A stretch of 63,952 nucleotides of DNA, counting the filler, from Pirum gemmata (taxonomy: Eukaryota): assembly GCA_002812295.1 (NCBI GenBank). It is 13 parts of 13 records of this genome, joined end to end, with 100 filler letters (N's around TTAATTAATTAA, not from the genome) between each part and the next. Parts side by side here need not be neighbours in the genome. Positions count along the whole stretch, not along the records: positions 1 to 4,509 come from PDIN01001113.1; positions 4,610 to 9,085 come from PDIN01001114.1; positions 9,186 to 13,660 come from PDIN01001115.1; 10 more parts are not named here. One strand, 5' to 3'. Shown in pieces: positions 1 to 9,217 of the stretch. Below the pieces are notes generated by a model. That model was not told the origin of the DNA and made no database searches. It saw only the letters and a program-made list of their open reading frames with translations. The position numbers and the translations under genes were made by a program. The stretch's first letter is position 1. Each line of letters starts with the position of its first letter.

Positions 1-60
1 ATAATAATAATAATAATAATAATAAAAATAATGAATAAAAAAAATAATAATAATAATAGC

Positions 61-99
<39 letters not shown>

Positions 100-636
100 T
101 GTTATATTGTTGTTGTTGTTATTTTATTTTTCAAAGGTACACTTTAAATACGTATTAATAATTGTTTTTTCGAATTATTATTTTAAAATACGTTTTTTAT
201 GTATTAATATTAGTACGTACTTTTGGTACAACAAAAAAAGGTTGTTAGATTCAAACTTTTAATTTATTAAAAGTTTAATATACCCAATACTTTTTAATAA
301 TAAACTATATTATTTTTTCTCTTTTTTCACTTTTTCATAGACTACAATTCCTCCTGTACATTCCTCTATCACTTACAACTTACCCAATTGACATATGCTA
401 CCTATTTGGTATTCTGAACCAAAATTATATCCATAATTTGACTCACTAGACTCTAATATATTATTATTATTTGGGATTTTGTTATTGATTTATTATTGAA
501 TTTTCTTCATAGCATCATTTAATATTACCCATCCTGTAAACACTTATATTTTGTTGCCAGTCCAAAACTTTTTAAAAGCTCACAAAAGCCAAACTAAAGC
601 AAAAAAAAGTAAATCTAGGCTATCTAGATTTTTTTA

Positions 637-670
<34 letters not shown>

Positions 671-767
671 CAAAGGAGTTCAAATTTTTGAACTCCTTGA
701 CTCTCCTTGGTTAATCACTCAGTGGCTAATCACATAATTATATTTATAAAAAATTTAGAATTGCTAT

Positions 768-968
768 AGTAGGGGTGAGATAACGTCATTTTATTATTAC
801 CGAACAGCTGCCGGAACTTTTCCGATTTTTATGGTTTTTATTACTATTAATGTTAACATTATTACTTTAATTGGTATCTANTGCTATTATTAGTAAGAAA
901 CACGGAACTAAGGTTGGCTCGATAAGCATCTGTTCGAAAAAAGTTCCAGTAGATATCTCACCCCTACT
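768..968 (+). mobile_element. MITE family A, copy 1 (internal gap at 881)
   Basis: TIR AGTAGGGGTGAGAT/ATCTCACCCCTACT; 8-bp TSD attgctat at 760-767 and 969-976. Confidence 0.9.
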
Positions 969-1229
969 ATTGCTATTATGTTTTCCATAGAAAGCTCCCT
1001 TATTCGCCTGATCCAGTGATAGATCCAGTGATCCTCCAGTTAAAAAGTTTACTTTGTGGATTTTTTTTTTTTGTGACTTTTATAAATAACTGGTATGATT
1101 GGTATGATAGGTATAACTGATGGTAGTCTGTCTAATAATACACTAATAATATTCTAATAATACAGCTAATAATACCGGTAATAATAATAATAAAAATAAA
1201 ATAATAAAAAGGATATTCTGAAAAAATAT

Positions 1230-1462
1230 AGTAGGGGTGAGATATCTACTGGAACTTTTTTCGAACAGATAAGCATCGAGCCAACCTTAGTTCCGTGTTT
1301 CTTACTAATAATAGTAGTTAAATAGCTTAAAATATTATATTTAATTATAGTAGATACCAATTAAAGTAACAGTATTAACATTAATAGTAATAAAACCATA
1401 AAAATCGGAAAAGTTCCGGCAGCTGTTCGGTAATAATAAAATGACGTCATCTTACCCCTACT
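1230..1462 (-). mobile_element. MITE family A, copy 2
   Basis: Reverse complement of copy 1; flanking direct repeat aaaatat (7 bp exact). Confidence 0.9.
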
Positions 1463-1623
1463 AAAATATTCATATTGTGTATATGGTGCATTACGCTAAA
1501 AAACTACCAACTTTTAAAAAGTGACCAAATTTTTTCTGGCTGCTTGAAAATTTCGAATATTATTAATTAATATCTTTGAAAAATCAAATATAAATACCAC
1601 TATGTTCCCAAAAGTTGTAGATT

Positions 1624-1879
1624 CTTAGACGCAATATTAATGCACCATACGCTAGACCCATATGAGTCATATATATCATTATATAATTATTATGATCACA
1701 CACGATATATTATTGATGAAAATAATCAAACACACTTTTAAAAAAAGTACCCTTAGACGCAATATTAATGCACCATACGCTAGACCCATATGAGTCATAT
1801 ATATCATTATATAATTATTATGATCACACACGATATATTATTGATGAAAATAATCAAACACACTTTTAAAAAAAGTACC
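1624..1879. repeat. Tandem duplication of about 127 bp
   Basis: cttagacgcaat...aaaagtacc present twice, essentially identical. Confidence 0.85.
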
Positions 1880-2681
1880 AAGAAATAAATAACATAATCT
1901 GACATAATAAAGAAACTGATCAGAAATGACAAATTTAAATGTTATATATAATTATATAATATTATATAGATACATAAACTTATAATTACTTACAATAATT
2001 AAAAACATTGTATAAAAATAACTAAGAAAGAAAAGAAGGAAAAGAAATAAAATCAGAAAAACTAGTTGCTGTTTATTTATAATTTCCCTACAGTTCATTT
2101 TGCTTTTCGTTGCTGCGTTCTTATTCTACATTCTACATTAATTCAATATCTTTTTTCACAAATACAGGTTTCGGAACATCTGTATAGTAAGCATAAGTAT
2201 AATTTAGTTTTTTTTTTTTTTAGACTCAAAAGAAATATAAGTCATGTTAGAAAAGCTGGTCAGAAATGACAATGTTTACTTGTTATTTATCAAAATTATG
2301 AATATATCGATAATATTCACACAATAAATCACGGTCATTCGTGAATAAATTTGGTCTTTTTATTCTCCTTTTGTCTTTTGAAATTCTTTAGAAATTGGCA
2401 ATGGTAACTCAGCTAACTCGGTGGAGTTCTCAGTGGTTTTTAAAAAAATTGGTCGGACTATCAATATGTAGACTGTAGTACTACTGTAGTATCATATAGT
2501 CGCGTAGATGGTATGTAGTCTAGCTAGTTTCTTTTTTTTTTTGTTTTTTTTAACAAAAAAAAAAATTAAAAAAAAAAAAAAAAAATAAAAAAAAAAAAAA
2601 AAAAACAAAAAAAAAACAAAAAAAAAAAAAAAAAAAAAAAAATTGAACCTTCAGTCCACTGCCCCCTAAAAGCACTAACAG

Positions 2682-2784
2682 CCCCTAACCCTAACAGTCC
2701 CTAACCCTAACAGTCCCCAACCCTAACAGTCCCTAACAGTCCCTAACCCTAACAGTCCCTTACCCTAACAGTCCCTAACCCTAA
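2682..2784. repeat. Interstitial telomere-like array (CCCTAA with CCCTAACAGT variants)
   Basis: Direct reading. Confidence 0.85.
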
Positions 2785-2842
2785 CATTTGGTTTGGCCCA
2801 AGCCAGCTACTAGAGTAGTGGTTTTGCCCTACTTCTATCGTA

Positions 2843-2882
<40 letters not shown>

Positions 2883-3120
2883 GTAAATTATCACGGCCAC
2901 CAGGTGGCCGTGAAATTATATATATGATCATTTATTTTTCATTACGATATCACAGATAATGATTTATGATAATAACTAACCCTAACCCTAAACACTCCCT
3001 AACTGGTTTGGTACTAGCGGCTGCCCTAACCCTAAATAATAATAATAGTAATAATAAAATGACAATTAATATTATTATCATTTATTTTTCATTACGATAA
3101 TATTATCTTAGATAATGATC

Positions 3121-3270
3121 TATCGTGTTTTTCAATAGTGTTGTCTAGTTCAAAAACTGAAATAAACGTATTAATATCAAATTATTAATATTATTATGGT
3201 TAAACTATCAGACATTGTATTTTATACTTAAAAATTAATTAATGTTTTTTAAAAGTTCAATTATACACTT
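3121..3270 (+). repeat. Dispersed repeat family F (related copies at about 15937-16128 and 63761-63887, opposite strand)
   Basis: Shared gtgtttttcaatagtgttgtctagttcaaaaactgaaataaac end; terminus resembles family E. Confidence 0.6.
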
Positions 3271-3361
3271 AAAAAAACTACTAGACTGTAGAAGTGTTGT
3301 AGACTCCGTGTAGAGTATTGACCAATGTAGACTATCGATATCAGATAGCCTATGATAATAT

Positions 3362-3562
3362 GGAGATGAGGGAAAACCCATCGAATCGAGACTAGTTCGA
3401 GATTTTTGAAATTTTTCGATCTAATTTTAAGTCGCTTTTGATTTCATTTTAATTCATAGCAAAAAACTTGAAACTCGAAAAAAACAGAATATCATTTCAA
3501 AATTGTCACTATATAATAATTAGGATCGAACTGTTTGATTCGATTATGTTTTCCTATATTTC
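3362..3562 (+). mobile_element. MITE family B (PIF/Harbinger, Tourist-like)
   Basis: GGAGATG.GGGAAAA terminus; body shared with 9 other copies. Confidence 0.85.
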
Positions 3563-3580
3563 TAGCTACTACTACTAGCA

Positions 3581-3980
3581 AGGCTTCTCCCAATTCTGCT
3601 TTGTTTTAGAAAATCGAGTTTTCGAGCCAATGCATTAATTAAATAAGTTCGAAAATCAGTTAAAAGTATTCATTATTTATTTATAAACCCGAAAAAATGG
3701 AAAAAATAATTTTCGAACAGGGCTGAATTTCGGTTTTTTTTTCGACAGTAGAAATTCGAGTTTTCGGGCTCGAGCAGAATTGGGAGAGTATTCCTATCGT
3801 CGAGGGCCCGCGGAGGTGGTTTCAGCCCAGATCGACTTCACCGTCTTCAGGCAATCCAACCTAGAGCGACGATTTTCCCTACCCTCCTTCATTCTAACAG
3901 GGCTACGGCAGCGCCACGGAGTAATATCATACGGTACAAAAGAGCAGGTCGTTCTAAGCGAGAAACTTTACTTAACGCCT
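3581..3980 (+). mobile_element. MITE family C with right TIR interrupted by a 188-bp insertion
   Basis: Left TIR AGGCTTCTCCCAATTCTGCT; right TIR reads AGCAGAATTGGGAGA[3788-3975]CGCCT, intact in the copy at 50244-50472. Confidence 0.8.
3788..3975. other. GC-balanced 188-bp insertion of unknown origin
   Basis: About 50% GC in a very AT-rich background; removing it restores the family C TIR exactly. Confidence 0.75.
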
Positions 3981-4138
3981 AGCTACTCTAGTAGTGCTCA
4001 ACACGGTGATATATCATAGTATAATAAAAAAATAAATAAAATAAATAAAATCAGTTTATTGACCACACATTAGTCAATGAGCTGTCATTATTTATAAGTT
4101 GGCATAACTTTATATGTAACTTCATTTCCTTTTTTAAC

Positions 4139-4173
<35 letters not shown>

Positions 4174-4467
4174 GAGTATTATATTTTTTTACAAATCATA
4201 GAAATAAATACATAGTCTAGGAATTTTTTAATAGGAAGTGTCTAGGAAATAAATAGAAATAAATTAAAAAAATAAATCATTATTTTTTTTTTTTAGACTT
4301 CTTTTCTAAAAACCTTTTTAAAAAATATTAAAACTAGCCAAATTATTTTTTAAAACTAGCAATTGGTTCGTAATAGAGTTTTATTAGTTAAATAACTTCT
4401 CAAAATTTGGTAGTACTTTTATTAAAATTGGGTTATTTTGAGATTTTTTTATATTTTTGATATTTAT

Positions 4468-4499
4468 CAAGGACTTCAAAAAAAAATTTGAAGTCCTTG
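4468..4499. mobile_element. Ultra-short hairpin element, family G
   Basis: CAAGGACTTCAAA...TTTGAAGTCCTTG; 7-bp TSD tatttat. Confidence 0.75.
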
Positions 4500-4509
4500 T
4501 ATTTATACA

Positions 4510-4609
4510 NNNNNNNNNNNNNNNNNNNNNNNNNNNNNNNNNNNNNNNNNNNNTTAATTAATTAANNNNNNNNNNNNNNNNNNNNNNNNNNNNNNNNNNN
4601 NNNNNNNNN
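4510..4609. other. Artificial contig linker (44N-TTAATTAATTAA-44N). Also at 9086, 13661, 18225, 22798, 31576, 36167, 40795, 45373, 49943, 54495 and 59664
   Basis: Identical 100-bp spacer with stops in all six frames, recurring about every 4.5 kb. Confidence 0.97.
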
Positions 4610-5029
4610 ATAATAATATATAATATATAATAATAATGATAATGATAATGATAATAGACATACAGTTTTAATATTCATATTGGTGAGTTTTTAAATGTAG
4701 GTGTATAATATTAATACATGTTTTAATAGTCACCTTATATTTAAATTATAAGTATCTCCGTTGCTTTTGCTGTTATGAAGATGATGATTATATAAATTAT
4801 TCCACGATATCGATGATAATCATTTTCTTTTTTATCGGTAACCTTTTCCATATTTTTTTTAATATTATATTTTCGAAATATACTTCAATAAATTCAGTCG
4901 CATTATTATATTCATTTATTAATTTATCGGAAACATTCTGTTTAAAATATTTATCAATTTCTTGTTCTTTGATATTAGTTATATAGTAATTCCACAATTT
5001 TTTAAAATTAATTTCGATTTGATCGTATT

Positions 5030-5144
5030 TATAGACACCTTTGCCGTTATTTATTCATACTGGACTGAATATGGCCCTATCACCTATATTCCCATAGGGC
5101 CATATTCAGTCCAGCATGAATAAATAACGGCAAAGGTGTCTATA
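5030..5144. repeat. Long inverted repeat: 51-bp arms, 13-nt loop
   Basis: 5030-5080 is the reverse complement of 5094-5144 with one mismatch. Confidence 0.93.
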
Positions 5145-5302
5145 TATAAGTATAAAGATTATGGGGTAGGGGAAGATTTATGCTACTTTTCTTTTCAAGA
5201 ATTACCCCCTCCAGCTTTCACTGCTGGTTTTGATGATAATTTCTGGGAATACCCAGGCGTTGACATGCTTAGAGCCCTCGAGCTTTCTGATATGGGGCGA
5301 AT

Positions 5303-6112
5303 TTGTTACAAGGCTATGTAATGGATGATAATGACGGCACTAGCGATGATGACATGGTATTGTTTGGAGGGGTGACTGTGGGTTCTAAAGCAGCCAACGT
5401 ATTTTGCAAGTATAACCAAGATCATCCTGAAGCACCTATTTCGACTGTGTGGCAAGGGCAAACAACCAACGTTACTGAACGAATGTGTGATCCAGTCGTT
5501 CAAAATCAAGATATTAGATGGCCTTACGCTATTGCTATCTTTAAAATCACTGATGCTAATCGCGATAAGTTCAAAACATTTATTCGCAAATGGAGGTCTC
5601 AAACTGACCATCATCGACCTAACTTAGATTTTGCTTTCAAAGGAGGTAAACAAAACGTGAATGGGTCTGAAGTATTAGGCTGGGGTAATGGCGCGGATTT
5701 GAAATGGAAAATTGTACCTTGTAATGAAATTAACGATAAGTTTAAAAACAAAAACTTAAACGGAGAAAATTTTTTTACTGACGCGAAACCCAGTCCGGAT
5801 GCTGATCATACTTTTGTGCAAGAAGTAATTGCGGAATGGCGTTCGCTTTGTGGTTTGAAACCAAAAGGCGTTGAATTTCAAGCAGAAAGTTTGCAAAATA
5901 TCAAATCCGCATCATCCTGTAATAAGCCAGTTAAATGTTATGCTTTAGATCAAATATACAAGAAAAATGGTGAAGTTTCTAATAAACCTAATCCCCAAGA
6001 CGATGAGTGGTGCAATACTAAGTGTATTAAAAAGAAAGGAAGATTGCATAATAAATGCGAATGGCAAATTGGTGGGGTTTACAATGAAAAGACCCGATGT
6101 GCTTGTATTTAA
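5303..6112 (+). CDS. Hypothetical protein with C-terminal Cys-rich module; true start uncertain, possible frameshifted upstream part from about 5200
   Basis: 269-aa non-repetitive ORF with coding-like composition, ending C..DDEWCNTKC..C..RCAC. Confidence 0.7.
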   Translation: MLQGYVMDDNDGTSDDDMVLFGGVTVGSKAANVFCKYNQDHPEAPISTVWQGQTTNVTERMCDPVVQNQDIRWPYAIAIFKITDANRDKFKTFIRKWRSQTDHHRPNLDFAFKGGKQNVNGSEVLGWGNGADLKWKIVPCNEINDKFKNKNLNGENFFTDAKPSPDADHTFVQEVIAEWRSLCGLKPKGVEFQAESLQNIKSASSCNKPVKCYALDQIYKKNGEVSNKPNPQDDEWCNTKCIKKKGRLHNKCEWQIGGVYNEKTRCACI

Positions 6113-6144
6113 CTAATTATAATAATAATTAAGTAATCTTTTTA

Positions 6145-6177
<33 letters not shown>

Positions 6178-6762
6178 TAAAATAAATAAATATTAAATTT
6201 AGTTTTAATTTGAGATAAATATTATTGTGTCGCTGTGTATTAATATAATATTGTTGTTGTTTTATTATTACTTACGTTTTACATAATATAATGAATTTTT
6301 AATAATATAATAGCATCTATCTAGTAGAAAATTACAACTACACTACTTTTTTAGAGCGGTTCTAGTGCTTCATTATTAGAATTTATACAACAAATAAAAT
6401 TGTAATATTTGTTTGGTAAAAACCTAATAAAATCATAGGTTGATTTTATTTTAAATTAAATATTATGAGTGTAAAATTATTAATGATATTATAGGTTAGA
6501 TATAATAAATTGCTTGGTTTGTAAAAACCTATCTAAAGTATTATATATCTAAATTTTATATAATTTGATGATGATTAGAATATCTTAATCAAATTTTAAT
6601 TTATTAAAGGAAACAAGGTATAAATAATGAAGTGATTAATTATATTAAACAAAAGAAAAAAATAATAAATAAAAGATTATAAATTATTATTTTTGATTTT
6701 TTTTTAGATAAAATTGTTAATGGGTTCGTAACCCGTATCAGAGTTACCCAATGTGATTGGTA

Positions 6763-7830
6763 TTAACAATTAAAAGTAAGTTTTGAATATACAGGGTTTT
6801 CATATTCCGTTCCATTGTTATCATTATTGGAATTTTCATTTTCATTAGAAGGGTGTTGTTCATATCCATTACTTTTTACAACATTGAGTTCTTCATTTGG
6901 ATTTTCATATTCATTGTTTTCTAACTCAAGTTCATTGTGATATACAGGGTTTTCATATTCCGTTTCATCGTTATCATTATTAGAATTTTCATTTTCATTA
7001 GAAGGGTGTTGTTCATATCCATTACTTTTTACAACATTGAGTTCTTCATTTGGATTTTCATATTCATTGTTTTCTAACTCAAGTGCATGATATACAGGGT
7101 TTTCAAATTCCCTGCAATCGTATGCAGGATTTTGATATTCATTGTGTTCTAACTCTTCTTCTAACTCTTCTTCACAAACCAAATAAACATTGCTTTGGGG
7201 TTGTTCGGATAATTCTTGTATTTCTTCATTGAACTTTTCAACCCCCATTACAAACTGTATTGGGCTTAAATTATTTAACAGGTTGTCATTTTTTTTATCA
7301 TTGCGCTTATACAAAACAAAAGCAATTACTAAAGCAATCATAACAATTAAAACGCAAGCTGCGACAACGCTACCAATAATCGCTGCATTATTTGAATTAT
7401 CACCCGTACTTGCTAATCTACTTCTAATCTTATCACAATTCTTGATTACTTTTTCATAACCTGCTTTATCAAATAAAACGGAAGTGTTTTGTTGTGATAG
7501 GTCACAAGGTATATGTAAATTCATTGCTAATAAGCTATTTAGACCTTTTTCATTTGTACAACAATTGATATTGTTATTTTCTATTTTTAATTCCTTATTT
7601 GCTGATTTCTCGTCAAAAAGACTAGCAATTAGAGTTCCTTGTAGGTTAGTAAAAGGATTTTGACTCAAATTGAGCTTAATTAATTTTGGAGCATGCTTTA
7701 AAAAAGTTAAATCACTAACTAAATTGTTATTTAGCAATAACGTTTGTAAACTTTCAAAATAACCCAGATTGCCTATAGTGCTAATATTATTATGACTTAA
7801 ATCCAGCACTTTGATATTTTTCCCATGGTT
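6763..7830 (-). CDS. LRR single-pass membrane protein with Tyr-motif repeat tail (5' partial)
   Basis: LRRs VLDLSHNNIS, LQTLLLNNNLVS, LIKLNLSQNPF; Cys cap NNINCC; TM AAIIGSVVAACVLIVMIALVIAFVLY-KR; repeated YENPVY. Confidence 0.85.
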   Translation of the reverse strand, partial: NHGKNIKVLDLSHNNISTIGNLGYFESLQTLLLNNNLVSDLTFLKHAPKLIKLNLSQNPFTNLQGTLIASLFDEKSANKELKIENNNINCCTNEKGLNSLLAMNLHIPCDLSQQNTSVLFDKAGYEKVIKNCDKIRSRLASTGDNSNNAAIIGSVVAACVLIVMIALVIAFVLYKRNDKKNDNLLNNLSPIQFVMGVEKFNEEIQELSEQPQSNVYLVCEEELEEELEHNEYQNPAYDCREFENPVYHALELENNEYENPNEELNVVKSNGYEQHPSNENENSNNDNDETEYENPVYHNELELENNEYENPNEELNVVKSNGYEQHPSNENENSNNDNNGTEYENPVYSKLTFNC

Positions 7831-8021
7831 TTTTTCTGTTTTTTTTTTCCTGTTTTTTTTTTTCCTGTTTTTTTCTGGTTTCTTATGAATATTTATACTT
7901 TTTTTTTCAATGTTAAAGAACTATTTTGTATATTTATTTTATAAGGTTTTAGTAACCAAAATAACCAATTTTTTTTTTTTGTATTTTTTTTATTTTTTTT
8001 TGTATTTTTTTATTTGATTTT

Positions 8022-8717
8022 TCACATTCTAGATGTTTTTTTAATTGGTTTGTGTGAACAAGTAATTGTTCCTTTGTTCAATGTAATACGTCTTTCCATT
8101 TCACAAATGGCACAATAAAATTTAAATATTTTATTTCTTGATGAGCCATTACAATATCTAGCGCCTGTTCCAGATTTAACTGATAAGCAAGGATCAATTA
8201 ATCCCGTATCGATTTTGTATTGTAAAGATGAGAGATAACAACTATGACAATCACAATACTTTAAAATGTTAACCTTATCATCGGTCAACGAACGACAGTG
8301 ACTATAAATTGTATCTCCCTTTTTTGAAACGTGATTGTCACAATTGTATTCGGATTGTTGACATTTAACAAATACTGCTTTCCCAAGGCAACAATATTTA
8401 TTAACAGGGGTTTTTTGTTTTTCTAGAACACAAACCAAATGTTGGTTTTTCTTCTTACATATTGGACACTCTAGATAAACTCTGTTGGAACCTTTAGGTA
8501 AAATATACCTTAATTCCTCCTTAGTAGGGTAGTTTGGAACATAAACAAAATATTCCTGAATAAGTGGAACACTTTGTGCTGACCGCTTAAAACAAAAGTC
8601 GCAATCGCTCTTCTTACAAAGCTTGTACTTGATTTTTAGACAATAGGAACACTTCCCATTAGAGTTTAATTCATTTAAATTAAAATGATGACCACATCCA
8701 CAATTATCCTGAACAAG
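8022..8717 (-). CDS. Zinc-ribbon repeat protein resembling giant-virus putative endonuclease repeats (5' truncated, possibly a pseudogene)
   Basis: Frame is open to 8717, beyond the ORF-track start: CGCGHHF..GKCSYC..KLCKKSDCDFCFKRS..PKGSNRVYLECPIC..CDCHSCYLSS..SSRNKIFKFYCAIC. Confidence 0.65.
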   Translation of the reverse strand, partial: LVQDNCGCGHHFNLNELNSNGKCSYCLKIKYKLCKKSDCDFCFKRSAQSVPLIQEYFVYVPNYPTKEELRYILPKGSNRVYLECPICKKKNQHLVCVLEKQKTPVNKYCCLGKAVFVKCQQSEYNCDNHVSKKGDTIYSHCRSLTDDKVNILKYCDCHSCYLSSLQYKIDTGLIDPCLSVKSGTGARYCNGSSRNKIFKFYCAICEMERRITLNKGTITCSHKPIKKTSRM

Positions 8718-8911
8718 CTACGCTTTGCACTGGTACTAGTTTTTGCATAGGTGGAATTAAAAAGAGCTGTCCTGATTATCATACTTGTTCAAATGGTCGA
8801 GCTACACCCTGCATTGGCAATAGTTATTGCAAGAATGGAGTAAAACAGAAGTGTCCTGATTTTCATACTTGTTCACCGCATCACACCACCAAATTTCACA
8901 ACTATAGGTAA
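8708..8911 (+). CDS. Cys-rich repeat exon or gene fragment
   Basis: ATLCTGTSFCIGGIKKSCPDYHTCS followed by ATPCIGNSYCKNGVKQKCPDFHTCS. Confidence 0.55.
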   Translation, partial: PEQATLCTGTSFCIGGIKKSCPDYHTCSNGRATPCIGNSYCKNGVKQKCPDFHTCSPHHTTKFHNYR

Positions 8912-9217
8912 TTATAGGCTTAATAATATTATTCCAGATAATTAACTTTGTCATACTATCAATTCGACTATTTCAAAAAATTAAAAACTTCCAATTATTA
9001 ATTTTAGTTGACACCTTATCTACTATATGATCAATATGACTATTCCATTTCCAGTAGTGATTAACCCATAATCCCAAATACTTATNNNNNNNNNNNNNNN
9101 NNNNNNNNNNNNNNNNNNNNNNNNNNNNNTTAATTAATTAANNNNNNNNNNNNNNNNNNNNNNNNNNNNNNNNNNNNNNNNNNNNTAATAATAATAGTAA
9201 TAATAGTAATAATAGTA

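Noticed and set aside
3780..4019. 79-aa ORF as a gene; hammerhead (CUGAAGA...GAAA, minus strand) or SRP (GAGCAGGUC) RNA within the insert
   Set aside because: The ORF starts at a TTG inside a MITE TIR; hammerhead stem II does not close and the SRP helix-8 partner is absent
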